In this document: piece after piece, positions 35,369 to 48,774 of the stretch
Numbering within the stretch: the stretch's first letter is position 1
Layout of the letters: each line of letters starts with the position of its first letter
NCBI GenBank assembly: GCA_030704615.1
Contig: CM060731.1
Location: forward strand, 54,064,001 to 54,128,000
Source of the DNA: Takakia lepidozioides
Lineage: Eukaryota > Plantae > Bryophyta
Direction: 5' to 3'
DNA length: 64,000 nucleotides
The notes under the pieces: generated by a model
Told to the model about the DNA's origin: nothing
What the model saw: the letters and a program-made list of their open reading frames with translations, nothing else
The model's database searches: none
Made by a program: the position numbers and the translations under genes

Positions 35369-38300
35369 CTAAGTCTTTGCTTTAAAATTAGCATAGCTAG
35401 CAATTTGTAATGGAGTTAAAGCCGGTCGTATGCTAGCTCTTGCACTATCAAAGTGGCGCTTAAAAACTATCTCGGCTTCCAAGCTTTCTCTAAGAGCAGC
35501 TATGGCTGCCTCCCTACAGAGGGCTGCTAATTCTGCCCCCGTGAAACACTCTGTGCCCTCTGCAACTTCCTCCAGGTTAACATCAGCTGCGAGCTTCAGT
35601 TTCCTGGTGTGAACATTTAGAACTTCAAGTCTGCCTTCAGTGTCTGGCGGCGGGACAAAGAGTGCCTGCCCAACCAAAAACCACAAGTCAGGGTGAAAAA
35701 TAAAGATGAGAAAGTCGAGCGTAAATGAATGAGTCCAATTGTGCAATATATATTTACTTGGCAAAAATGGAGACCATTCTTACCAAGTCAATGCGTCCTG
35801 GCCGCATAAGGGCAGCATCTATTGCCTGAGGTCGATTGGTGGCTGCCAGAACCAGCACGCCCTGATCACAACAGAAAGAAAGACAGTGAGTTTAAAAAAA
35901 CATAATCCATTGGTACATGTGTAGGTAGTTTTTCCTTTCCCTCTGGCCTCCTCTATACAGAAGGTACCTGGGCCAGTTCAAGTCCATCAATTTCTGTTAG
36001 CAAGGTGGAGAGCAACTTCTCTCCCACAGTCGTGTCACTCCCCCCTCCGCTTGAACCTCCATCTCCTCCCATCCCCCTGCAGGAGTCCACTTCTACCAAG
36101 TCAAGCCTGCAAGATTACCTAGCTGATTCTATACCATGCAGCAAAATTTCATAAGTTTTGGGGAGAGGGTTTACGACTTATTGTAGTGCACATTTTGACT
36201 ATGCTATCCCTGTGAATAAAAGGAAAATAGATTTGCAGACTTCGCATTTGCCTTTGAGGCCCACTGTACCAACAACAGCAAACAAGGTCCCAAATGGTTT
36301 TAAGACAATGAGTGAAGTATGCAGAACTTTAAAGAGTTTGAGGTATTGTATTGTATGAGCCTTTTTCATAATTAGACTCATCTGTGTTCTCTAACTCTCA
36401 GTTGGGATCTCGGATGTAGAAGCTGAGGTCCAGTAGTGCTGCAGGCTACTGTGAATGCAACTGGTTGAAATTTTTTCACCTATTGCTGCAAACTGCATAA
36501 AAGTATACCTACAGTTCTAGTCGACAGCTAGAAAAACGATAGCTCAGAGCAAACATAATAAATCACTCTTGCAGGAACAGAGCTTTACAGAAAGGCAGTC
36601 ACTGACCGTCTGGAAGCAATTGCATCTGCCTCATCAAAGAAAATAATACTCGGAGCTGCCAACCGGGCCAGCTGAAATGTTTCTCGTAAAAGAGCTTCTC
36701 CTTCTCCAACGTACATGGAATACAGCTCCGCACCACTAACCCAACCCAGTGGTGTCAGTACAAACAGGGTTTCAGCCCCTGTTTATTCAAGTCCTGCTTA
36801 TTATCTCCACCTTAAAAATTGACATAACCAATACACCGCTGGAGAACCCAACTCTTGAAAATTTCTTCCTAGTAAAATGCACATCTTCATGGGTGTTTCC
36901 TTTTTCTTTTTAAATGCAAATTGCCAACCTGAGAGAAAGAAGGGTGGCCTGGGCGGCATGAGCAGCAGCCTTTGCAAGGGTAGTTTTGCAGCAACCAGGT
37001 GGTCCATGGAGAAGGACCCCCCGAGCAGGTCTTAGCCCCAGCCTTGCAAACGCATCTGCATGTTGGATGGGCCACTCCACTGACTGCTGTAGCCTCTTCT
37101 GCATGCCATTACAATTCCAATAGCTAATGAATGGCTGTTTTTAGGGTTGTAGAAACAATACTGCACTTCCGGTGCTCATGTATGGCACCACTGTCTACAC
37201 TTGTGTTCAAAGATCCCTTTCCAGCCCCCTTGCTATGGGCGTGGATGTGGTAATGAAAGGTTTCCTTTCACCCAGTGGGGTATGTCGGTCATGCTGTCCT
37301 TCCTAGACCCAAGGTGTGCCTTATCACCACCTTCCTGCCTAAGTTTTCTGGCAAAGGGTACTGCTGTTATGAACTACAGCCTTCCTCTACAGCCGGTCTG
37401 AATGTATAGATCTGACCTACTATACAGATCTGTTTATGTACATTGAAGTTCTCTGGTGTATTCTCAGGAGGGTATCAAACAAAGCCTCCTATGTACTCGC
37501 AAAGACTTGATTTTTATATAGCTTGATGCTATTGGGGTTAGTTGATGGGGCCTTTTTCAAGGCTGATGACATCTTAATTGAAAGAAGCAATCTGATTCAG
37601 ACTCCTATTCTAGTCTTGACGCAACTAGCCCTCTCTCTCTAGTCTCCCTGTCCTCTAGGAAGCCTATTGCCATTGGGTGGACTTCATACGGGAGTACATT
37701 AATGTCTCTAAATGCCGGCCTTGTGACCTCGTGTCCTTGTTTGTTTCGACCTGAAGCGCTTTGCTCCAGGTAAGGTAGTGCATTGGATTTAGTTGGAAAG
37801 CTTGGGGCCTTTCCCTCTTTAGAATATGCCTACACGGGCCATTCCCTGCAACTCCCTGGAGTGTGATCTCTGAATGGTAACAAGCGGACCCCTACCGCTT
37901 GGGGGCAGCCCCTCCGCCCAAATTGGGCAGTCGTATGCTCTGTCTAGCATACTCGGCACTTGGGCTCGGGTTGGTTCCTGTGCTTAAACTTATAGCCTGC
38001 GACTACAATCAAAATTTTAGCTCCTATCAACATCAACACTCCTCAGGGTGATTCCTGGGAATTGGTTACTTATGCCAAATCTAGGGCTTCATGTGTAGTT
38101 TTTGGGGTGAATCCCAGGATGGACGATGTGTCCTTTAAAACTACATGCTCTAGCTTAGGCTTGGATTTCATGGCTAATGGTACCATCTCGAGACTTGATA
38201 ACAGGGGTAAGTTGAAGGTTGCAATGACCAAAAGTGCTTCTAATAGAGTCCCACATCAATTCAATCTCAAAGAAGTTTGCCCCTTGACTGGCTGGAGAGC

Positions 38301-41300
38301 GGTCTTAGACATTGGTGATTCAATGGGACGCTCTAGGAAGACAACCAAGGGCAAGGACTTCAACTTGAGAGTTTCTAATCGGTTTGATGCTCTGGATGAG
38401 GTTGAATCCAAACAGCCAGAAGGACAAGATGCCCCTAAGTGTACGGAACCTGAACGTCCTGAATCTGAAGGATTTGGTACTCTGAATGGTTTACCAATCC
38501 TCAAGGTTTACACAAGACGAACAAATTCTATACACGGGGTAATTGTCCCCAAGCCGTCAGATGGACAATCTGTCCCTAAGTGTGCAGAGCCTGAACGTCG
38601 TGTAACTGAAGGATTTGGTACTCTAAATGGTTTACCAATCCTCAAAGTCTACACAAGACGAGCAAAATCTATACACGGGGTAATTGTCCCCAAGCAGTCT
38701 GACGGACAATCTGCCCCTATATGTGTGGAGCCTGTGCGTCGTGTAACTGAAAGATTTGGTACCCTGAATGGTTTACCAATCCTCAAAGTTTACACAAGAC
38801 GAGCAAAATCTACACATGGGGTAACTGTCCCCCCTTTGCAGAACGGTTGGCCGTCCAGGAGCAATCACAAGCTACCTAGACGACAAACAATTCACATGCA
38901 AAGGGCTGGCTTGCGGCTGGCCACTTTCAACTTCTCAGGGTTGACCAACCAAAGGAAACAACTCGAAGTGGGACAAGTTCTTCGGACTAATGATATTCAT
39001 ATCTGTGCTGGGCAAGAAACATGGGAAACGTCGGATAAACTGGTTGGAGATGTCAATGGTTATAAATGGGTAGAATTGTCAAACAAGAAATCACGGACAA
39101 AGAATCCAACCACTTTTTGACCGCGTTTGGCAGAGGCTGCCTTGAGAAATTATCAACAAGGGAAGTGGTCAGAGGTACCAATATCAGTTCTGACGATCAA
39201 CACATTGGCACACTGGGGGAACAAATTTTTGTCCATTATGATATAGTCCACAATGGAACGTTCCCCAGTTTGGGACTTCTCACGAGTCCACTGCACTTGG
39301 TCACCTCTTGTCCTGTTATTCAAGGTCAAAAGCTGAAGGTCTTCCAGACAGTTAATTAACCGTCTGCCATTAGAATTCAGCTCGTCCTCACCAAAAGGCC
39401 CAATGATATCGTCCTGATGGAGCCCTTTGCCCACCCGGGCATTGAAGTCACCCAATAGCACCACCTGACCTTTGGCAAGGAACGAAGCACAGTCCAGCTT
39501 TACATCTTCGAAGGCTTTGTCTGCGTCAGCACTAAGGGTCCCCTCTGTGGGCATGTAAACACAACCCACAAAGAGGTCCTTCGTACTCATGCCGCCCTTC
39601 AGATTCAGTTTTAGCCAGATACTATGCTCGTACCTCAAACCTCTGCATTCGATACCACCTGAAACCGGGGTCGGTATTTTTGGAGGAGGAAAGGAAGGAT
39701 TCAAACGGAGTTGTAGTCGAAAGTATTGTTGTGCTCCACGATGATTTCGGCGACGGCAGGGAATGGCGAGTTCCACCATCGGACAACGTCATATACAGGG
39801 CTATTGGGGACTTCATTTGCCCGCCAAATGCCCCTTCTATCCTGGCGCCTTCCATGAAACAATCCGCGAATCAGAGAGTGGGTACCTCTTGAGTTTAATC
39901 TCATTGGTCCACCAATTAACAGCTCTACCGCAGACAATTAGTTTCCTCCCAATGATCTTGTCAGCCACGGAGGAAACAAAACTCTCCCAAGAGTCCACTG
40001 CTCTTTCAACTTCATTTCTTGCGTTGTCAGAGCGAGACTGAAGTTCTTGGAGCGATTGGACAAAATGAGGGAGAGCCTCTTGCAAGGCCTGGACGTACTC
40101 AGCCTTGACCTCCTCATTATGGAATTTTTCTATGCGCCACTTCCGAATCGAACGTTTCACAGATCTCTTGATGTTGGGAAAACACCTTTTGATCTCAGAC
40201 GAGCCCTCTATAAAGAATGCTGCAATTTGAAAACCAACAGAGAATTGTGGGCGAGGTACTACCAGCTCCGTAAAGATATCAATCAGCTTGTTAGGTCTCA
40301 GAAGAAATTATACTGGGACAAGTTATACAGTGAAATAAACTCAAACCACCATGGTGGTAATGACAAGAAATTCTGGTAGGCCCTTCAACGTTTGTACAAG
40401 CCGAAAAATGGTCAGCAAGTACAAGCGCTGAAGACTACTAAAGGTGCAGTGGTGACTTCATCAGTTGACATTGTCAAAACCTTCGAAACTCACTACAGTA
40501 TCCTTGGCAGAACTTCTAGGTCTAACAGTGAGGGGTCTTCTGCTGAATGGAGGGACACAGTTGGAAAAACTGTTCCTATGATTCAAAACAGCCCTGATGA
40601 ACTGGAGTATATTTCAATGGCTTATAACGCTCCCATTAGTTCTTCTGAGATTGTGGAAGCAATTGATCATTTAAATGGATATAAAGCTGGTGGACCTGAT
40701 GGCATTGTCAACGAGCTTATCAAGCACGGTGGCGATCCCATGATAGAGGCCCTAGTTCTCCTCTTTAACCTTATCTGGAAGACTGAAATGATCCCCTTTC
40801 GCTGGCGACAGGGGTCATTGTCAATCTATACAAGAAGAGTGACAGAGAAGAACCGGGGAACTACCGTGGCATCACGCTCCTCAATGCTGTTGGCAAGACA
40901 TTCTGCAGAGTTATAAGTACTCGTCTCGAGGTTGATCTGGAGTCTAGAGGTTGTTTCCACGAAGGCCAAGCTGGCTTTCGGCGAAACAGGGGCTGTGTGG
41001 ATCATATCTTCACTCTAAGCCAGATTATCGAGGGAAGGAAAAAAGAAGGGAAACCCACTTAAGTTTTTTTCCTGGATGTCAAAAAGGCTTATGACACAGC
41101 GTGGAGAGATGGCCTATGGTTCCGCCTCTGGTCAAGGGAAAGATGTGGAGAGTTGTCCACAACTTGTATGCTCACACCAAAAGCTGTGTAACTGTTAACG
41201 GACAGAAGTCCAACTTCTTTGACATAGACCAAGGTGTAGCTCAAGGATGTACTCTTTCCCCTCTGCTCTTCAATGTTTTCATCAATCAACTCCTCGAGGA

Positions 41301-44300
41301 TGTGGAACGTGAGGGATTTGGGTTAAGGGTGGGCGATACCACCATACCAGCCCTTATGTTTGCGGATGACTTCGCAGGCATAGGGGAGACTCCAACCAAT
41401 CTCCAGGAGTTGATTGATTGCGCGAAGAGATACTTTGATCTTTGGGGGCTAGAGGCTAATGTCAGCAAATGTGCAGTGGTAGCATTCAACGACAGAGGAG
41501 AGGGAGGAAGTGATCTCAAGTGGCAGTGGGGTAGCCAAGAGATCCCGGTCCTCCCTTCCTACACTTACCTGGGCGTTGAGTTTTCCTCCAATTGTAATTG
41601 GGATGCACATATCCGGAAAGTGTTCAAACTGGCAAGGGCAAAGCTCTGGGGCTCACTAAATTTTTCCACTGCAGAGGGGTCAACTCTGAGGTTAAGAAAA
41701 CCATGCTTTGTCGCGTTATTAGACCTGCCTTGGAATACGGATCTGCAATATGGGTTGATAACTCCAACCAGGCTAAGTCTCTAGAATCCATTCAAGTGGG
41801 GGTGCTTAAGGAGTGTATGTCAGCATGCTCCAAAACAGCCAATGTGGCTGTTCGGGGTGAGTTTGGCATTCCGTCCTTAAGCTCCCGACGAGATGAATTC
41901 AAGGTCAGATGGTGGGGTCAGCTGCAACATATGCCCAACACCAGATATCCTAAGTTAATCGACTCTATATCTTGGAAACAGGACCGCCCTGTCAAACAGG
42001 CTAAGTCCTGGCAGAAGAGAGTAGAAGAGATTCTCAAGGACCTGGACCTGGATCCGCAAGTCTTGACCCTGCTGGACAAATCTGACTTAGAGGCTGTAGT
42101 GTCCAAAGCCATGTCTGTTGCCATGAGATTGTCTGATGAAAATGAAGTTAGGCAGAAAACTTCCCTGAACTTGTTTCCAGTCAGTGACATGGGGAGGACA
42201 TCTTGGATGACCTCAAGGGTCTACCCACTCTCGGCACTAGACTGAAATTTAAACTCAGGGCAGGAAGCCTACCTTTGAACAGCAAACAGAAGCAGAGAGG
42301 AAAGGGAGAGTGCAATTGCCCGTTGTGTGGGCAATCTGAAGACAGTATTCATTTTCTGATACACTGTCCGGGGTTCTCTCACCAAAGAGACGCTCTCTTC
42401 AAATCTATCAAGGGAATTGTGCCTGTACCCCTGTTTCAACTTTGAAAGTCTCGAGGCTGAGCCAAAAGCCCAGGCCCTCCTTAGTTTTTGGGCAAATCAC
42501 ACACAGCAGATTGATGCTTGTGTGAAGGGATTTCTAGAGGATATCTGGAAAACCCGGATTAATTCTATATATGAAGGTAAGTCTTACTACCAACGTCAGC
42601 CCCTGACAGAGGTACGTTCTGTCCCTTTTGTTCCCGCTCAAACTGGGCGCGGGGTCAATGGCCACAAGGCTACGGCAAACAACGTCTTATGAGTACAATC
42701 TCTCTAGTGGGGTCTGTTAGGCATAAAACCTCCCTGAACTTGTTTCCAATCTGTGACATTGGTGAGGATGACCTGAAGGGCCTACCTACCCTTGGCAGTA
42801 GACTGAAATTTGAACGCAGTGCGCGGCATCTACCTTTCAACAAACAACAGATGCAGAGAGGAAAGGGAGATTGTCAATGCCCAATGTGCGGGGAGCCTGA
42901 AGACAATATCCATTTTCTGCTACAATGTCCGGGGTACTCTCATCAGAGAGCGAACCTCTTCAGGAGCATCGAGGACAGCACCTCACCAACTTTCAAAATC
43001 TCAAGGCTCAGCCTAATGCCTGGCCTGTTGGGGTCTAGCGGTTGGGCTGATCAAACACAGCAGATTGATGCTTGTGTGAAGGGCTTTCTAGAGGAAATCT
43101 GGAAAGCCCAAACAATTGTTTATATAAAGGTAAGCCCTACTACTGGACTGAGCCCCTCACAAAGGTAGTGTCTATTCCCTCTTGTTCCACCCAAACTGGG
43201 CGTGGGGCCTATGGCCACAAGGCTATGGCAAACGACTTATGAGTACATTCTCTCTCCCTCTAACTCTAAGATTCAAGAGCCAACTTTTAACAATCAGTGT
43301 GACATCTAGAAACAGTACATATGCAGGGATAGAGCATTGGCATTTGAGGTGTGCAGACCTTGACTTCATGCAATCCTCCAATATCATTCCAGGATACTTT
43401 AGGGACTTCTGATGCTGCACCTCGCACAATGCTGGGGCCCACCTTGCTGTGAGCCTCCTGCCACTCCTCTAACCCTATCGGCTTTGCCATCCCTTCTCCT
43501 AAAGCCTTCATGGACTTGCAGAGAGCTGACATAGCGGCTTCACGGCACAAAGCTTGAATGTCTGCACCCACATACCCATTACACATGGCCACCACAGTGT
43601 GGAGATCCACGCTCTGGTCCAAGGGCAGCTTCCTCGAATGAAGCTGGCAACACAACAGATCACCACAATCCACGTTTATCAGAAATGTTTAACACCTGTG
43701 GGAATCCGCTGATCTGTGACAAGACTGATCCAACTAATAAAGCTTCCATCAATTCACAATGCATCCCCCATCGAGTTGACTCCAGACTAGGGTGTCGAAC
43801 TGGTGCTAACTTACACAAAGAATTTCATAACGCTCTTGAGCATTTGGAGGAGCCACTGCTATTTCACGGTCAAAGCGGCCTGGTCTTCGGAGAGCAGGAT
43901 CTATTGCATTCACTCTGCATAGCAGACAAAAGGACATTTGAGCAAAACCAAGAACTGGCAATTTGCCTTGTTACTTTCTCACAAGTAACTGATGTTCTTT
44001 CCATTGATGTCCTGTATCTGGGATCTCCATGATGTGCGAGTTAAAGTGAACCTAGGAAGACTGTCCAGCTGCGTGTGTTCTCATCTGCCTTTTATCATTA
44101 TGTCTATCTGTGGCTCTGCATCTCCATCATATCCACATCGTGCCTCAAAAATAGTTGGGTGTTAAGTTTCACTGGAGCCAATTTTCCTAATCCTTAAACA
44201 GTAGCCCACATGTACTCCCGGAATGAGAGTCTCATTTGCAAAAAGACTAAGCTTGCACCTTGAAAATCACAAGTTGAAACAGTCCTTCCCCCAATCACAT

Positions 44301-46772
44301 GCGGAGAGGTTTCCAAGCACATTGTCGAGTTTTAAGGTATGACATCTTGCCCCTATATTCTGCAATGCAGTTATCCGGAAGCCGTCGAAACTGATTACAA
44401 TCGCTGGACAAGAAGTTTTGTTGCATCCATAAGACATCCATGACTATAATTATACTATGCCCCAGAGTAAATTGCTTAGAAGCCTCGGCACAATGAATAG
44501 GACTGCAAGATCCATTCGAGAGAATAAAGAAAGAAACTTTTAACCCCCATGGCAGAGAGTGAGAGCTGCAGATTCTTCAACAAACACTTGCCGATTTGTA
44601 GCAGCAACAACTACCACCCGCGAAGGACTACTTGAAGGCCCTCTTGAGGATCGAATACCATCCATCAATGTCAGAAGCTGGGCCACCAATCTAGTCTCTT
44701 GTTGTCGCCTGCCAGCAAATCCAACACCGTGCAAAACTGATTGAACAGCGCAACAAATTAAAATCGAGAACACTGTGCTTTCGAGCTTTATACAAAGCTC
44801 AAAGGTATATGTGGGCTTTTGCTGACAGTATAGAACCAATTCAACACTGCACGGAGGCAAAACAGAGAAGACACATTGTGATGCAAGATAATCTTGCCTA
44901 AGCAAATGACGAGTTCTGTACGGAAAACAACTCAAAGATCTTAGACAAGGCTCAAAAGCTTTACCTGGAATCGCGGTGAGGGCACATCGTGTCGATTTCG
45001 TCAATGAAGATTACAGCCGGTTTCCCCCTTGCTGCTTCTGACGCTGCTTTTGCAAAGGCTTCCCGCAGTACTCGTTCACTCTCTCCCGCATATGCTTTAT
45101 GCACAGATGCTCCACTGTACCCCTCCCAAGGATATGAAAGAAAAGAAGAGAGAGGAACAGACTCGAGAAAGGAGTCAGATAACAATCCCCACATGGAACT
45201 GGCACAGCTCTCCAACAGCCAGCAACATCTCCTCTAGTTGTTCTCAAGGCAAATGCAATATTGAGTGGCAAGGAGAGAAAGAAAGAAAAGAAACTCTAAA
45301 CATCCACAGGGAAGGCAGACTGCCAATGGAAAAACTAGAACAAGGAGGCATGTCCACTTCAGAAAACGACACCTAAAGATGAAGCAACTCATGCACATAG
45401 GCAGCCCTTCGGATCCTCCAAAGTGAAAGCATCTGTGAAAGAGAGAGGGAGACCTGAGAGAGGTAAAATGAGCACTGCATTCTCGAGCCACCGCATGAAC
45501 CAAGCTTGTCTGCACAAGGAACAGGCTCCAACTAACACAAATCAACTACGACTAACTATATTGACACTCATCTGTGTTCCAACATAAGAAGGAACTTGAC
45601 AAAAAGGCTGGACAAGAAGAAGTACCTTACCAGTCCCAGGGGGCCCATACAGGAGGAGACCCTTGGGCCACTGCTCCACCAGAATTGTTTAACATGCCAA
45701 CATGCCCCACACATTCATCAGGACTAACCAATTGTGCCAAAAAGGTTGTTCTAAGATTTTCAAAAGTCCGGTGAGTAGCCTAATTAGATTATGTTGAAAC
45801 AGAAGACGCTGTAACAAGTGAACCTTTATGGCCCACAAAGAATAAGTGACTGTGCGACCTCTTCCGACTCACACAACAAGCGTGATCTAAATAAGCTTGC
45901 AAGAGGCCTTCCCCTCGTAGTTGCCTTTTGTAGTTTTCCTTGTACCTTCTATATAGAGAATGCTGAGGTCTCAATGCACAGGTCACAAAGGATACTAATG
46001 TTCTGCATGGCTCTTTTGCAAAAACGGATGTGTTGCAGGAAACCGGCTGGAATCAGCTGGATTAAGTTTCCTCCTGATTCCATCCTGGTTCTATGCGTCA
46101 TATGGGGGTAAATGACATTGAATCAGAAATATAGTAAGTAGTCCCTTGCCCTTGTATGCTGAATTGAGTGCCCTGACCAAGCTCTCTAAACATTAAGAGT
46201 TCAGGCTGCGAAATGTGCCCCTGGTACTACTTAGAGTATTTGGTACATCAGTTCCAATTACTGTAGATCATATATGCATCGAATGATTCCTTGGTGACGT
46301 AGAATCAATCAGCTTCTAGCGATTAGATCAATACAGCAATGTAAGGTACTATGCTAAGTGTTATTTGATTATCTTATTCCCACAAGTGATGGCCAGCCAA
46401 GTGTGATGATATCTCCATTGAAGGCGTATTACTTATGCACAATCTGTAAAAAGTTCACATATCATGTCCATTTGCACTGGTTATAGAGGGAGGCTATAAA
46501 ACAGCAGGACACCATCTCTGCACCAAGTTTCCTTCCTGAATACTTAGGAAATTTCTGTAGAAGAAATTAAAGGGCAACGAAACAGATTTGAAGGGTACCC
46601 GCAAGCCTAAAATTCTGGCCTCCTCAGCATACAGAATGGGCCATAGAAGAAGCTCCCGCAAGGCCTGCAGGGGTGCTGCCATGCCCGCCACCACGCTCTC
46701 AGCTCTCCAGTCATTCCCATCCCCCTCAGAATCCCCTCGCCCTTCTGCATGATGCTCCCCCACTGTCGCCAT
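35369..46772 (-). CDS. CDC48B: CDC48B / AFG2B (SPATA5L1)-type double AAA ATPase, 12 exons
   Basis: Exons 46772-46599, 45670-45626, 45509-45454, 45114-44965, 44708-44592, 43914-43815, 43643-43359, 37098-36929, 36735-36607, 36076-35968, 35861-35784 and 35665-35369 join in frame. D1 has GPPGTGKT, IFIDEID and ALRRPGRFD; D2 has [15 protein letters not shown] and ALMRPGR. The N-terminal WRAE motif is as in plant CDC48B. Confidence 0.92.
37644..42698 (+). mobile_element. Full-length, decayed non-LTR retrotransposon (RTE-X-like; APE endonuclease + RT + C-terminal CCHC) in CDC48B intron 7
   Basis: 10-bp TSD TCTCTCTAGT (37634-37643, 42699-42708). Endonuclease motifs [34 protein letters not shown]; RT motifs [31 protein letters not shown]; C-terminal [27 protein letters not shown]. 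Several stops and frameshifts. Confidence 0.88.
38422..38832 (+). repeat. In-frame 141-bp (47-aa) tandem repeat x3 within the LINE ORF
   Basis: Units start at 38422, 38563 and 38704, and each encodes [17 protein letters not shown] or a close variant. Confidence 0.92.
42709..43255 (+). mobile_element. Older 5'-truncated copy of the same LINE family, directly abutting the full-length copy
   Basis: Repeats the 3' ~550 bp ([42 protein letters not shown]) and ends ATGAGTACATTCTCTCTCC. Confidence 0.88.
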
Positions 46773-48774
46773 AGCACAATTGCAAGTGCATCCACACACC
46801 CTGATCAAAGGTGTCTCATACTGGCTCAGCTGCACTGCAAGCTTCACCTGTGCCTTCTAGTAAGCTTCGCCCAAGAATGAAATGCCTTACCAAGCATGAT
46901 CATCAAGCAGCTATAGTAGCATGCTTACCCTTGATCGGATTGTCCAGTTCCCTCACTCACTCCATCTGCATCCATACCACACTCTCCATCAATAGGAACA
47001 GATTTTCTATGACTTATCCCCAAGAATGCGATCAAACATAGAATCCCAGCCATGTTTTACGCCCAGATCATGGCATACATCTATCCTGATTTCCCTGTCT
47101 GAAAAACTTGCAGAATCCAATGTGCCAAATGAAGATCCAAAAGCCGTTCCTGAATTACATATATACAGGGAAAGTGGGACAAAGGTATGCCATCATCTGG
47201 GTGGAACTTGCAGAATTCAGATCCCCCAATTGTAGAACTATCACCCCTAACCAGGAGTTCTGCGCAAGGATCACCCTAAACTGGCCCCACTGATGAGATG
47301 GCCAAAACCGACATGAGATAACACTTGACTGAAGAAATAGTTCTCTCCCTCCCCCTCTCTCTCCAAGACGGCACAAAAATCAAACAGAGGATGAGGGGAT
47401 TATCAAATATTAGCCAACAGATTTCAAGCTCGAAAACGCTTTTATCTTCGTGGCACTCGAAAATTTAGCTGAACTACTTCCAAGACAAAAACAAAAAAGG
47501 CCAGAATCAAGGTCCAAATTTTACACCACAACACTCAGTGAATCTCAATGCCACAGCAACCGCTAATACTAAGCTCTAGAGATGTGCGCAAGGTCGCCTT
47601 TGAGACTTGACACCTTTCCTACTTCATGGACACCCACTTTTGCGCATTTTTTCAAACTCCCCATTGTAATAGTGATGCGAATAAGATTTTTGCTGCTGCC
47701 TCGACTTGTACATTGTATTTGACGGATTTCCCCAACTGTACAAGACTGTGAGTCCGATTGAAGTGACAAAACTGGTAGACTATAAGACACCTCCTACACC
47801 TCCTGTACAATTCACCTTAGCACCACTGCTAACACGGCACTTACTTCGAATGAGGTGAGAACCAAAATCTGTACAGTTTCTTAAAAGACTTCCTTTCCGA
47901 CAGATCTTCCATGAATTGCTAAAACGCCTGCGATAAACCCTGCGATGCCCTTGCGAACCCTAGAACACCTCGTCACGTGAACACCAGACCTCATTAAAAT
48001 AATCCGAATCACCAGAAAAGATGCTATATTGCAAGGGAAAGCTTCCAGTCCGTTAAGATTCCTGAATATAGCATCGTTGATAGCACCTCTGTTCAACTCC
48101 GGCCGTCGGAGTCTCTCCCAATGAGAGTCAAGAATTGACGAATGCTGTCAACTTCGTCCGGACGGCGACGTGGGCAGCGAGAGTCGTCGGAAGTCTGCTC
48201 AGAGATGGACGAAAGTGGAGGGAGGAATGATGCAGTACGATGCTGGCGACATCCACCGACAGTCCCAAACCCTTATAATCCGCTCTCTCTCGCTCGCTCT
48301 CTCTCTCTCTTCTTCGCAGAGAGCTGTGCCGGGCCTTCCCTTCCGTGCTTTCGGTTTCCATTTGCCATGCCCGTGCCAGAGGAGCCTTATTTCTTCTTCC
48401 ACACACATCTCCCTTCCTGCGTTTTGTTGGAGTATCAAGCTATTGACTCCCAAAAGCCTGGTTAGTAATCATCCGTTGTCCACTCCGGAGAACTCCAAGT
48501 GTGATTGGTGGGAATTAACGCGTACCGAGCGAATCGAATTTTCTCAAGGCATTCTTTTCTTTCCTTGCTCACTTTGGTGCAACTATCTGCCCATACGACC
48601 AGTTGCAGCTTTCTGTCTCTCTTCAATTACATTCTCTCTTTGGCTTTAAATTGTGGTGGAAGTGGCCTCTGTCTAGGAGAGCCTCCCAAGTTATTTTTTC
48701 AGGGGTCCTGCTTCTGTGTCTTTCCGTCATTCTCGACGGCTTCCCATTGCTACCTTAGATGATTGGCCACAAGG

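Noticed and set aside
37560-37730. Hammerhead (CTGATGA...GAAA) or HDV-like ribozyme near the LINE 5' end
   Set aside because: Stem II and the P1/P3 pairings do not form.
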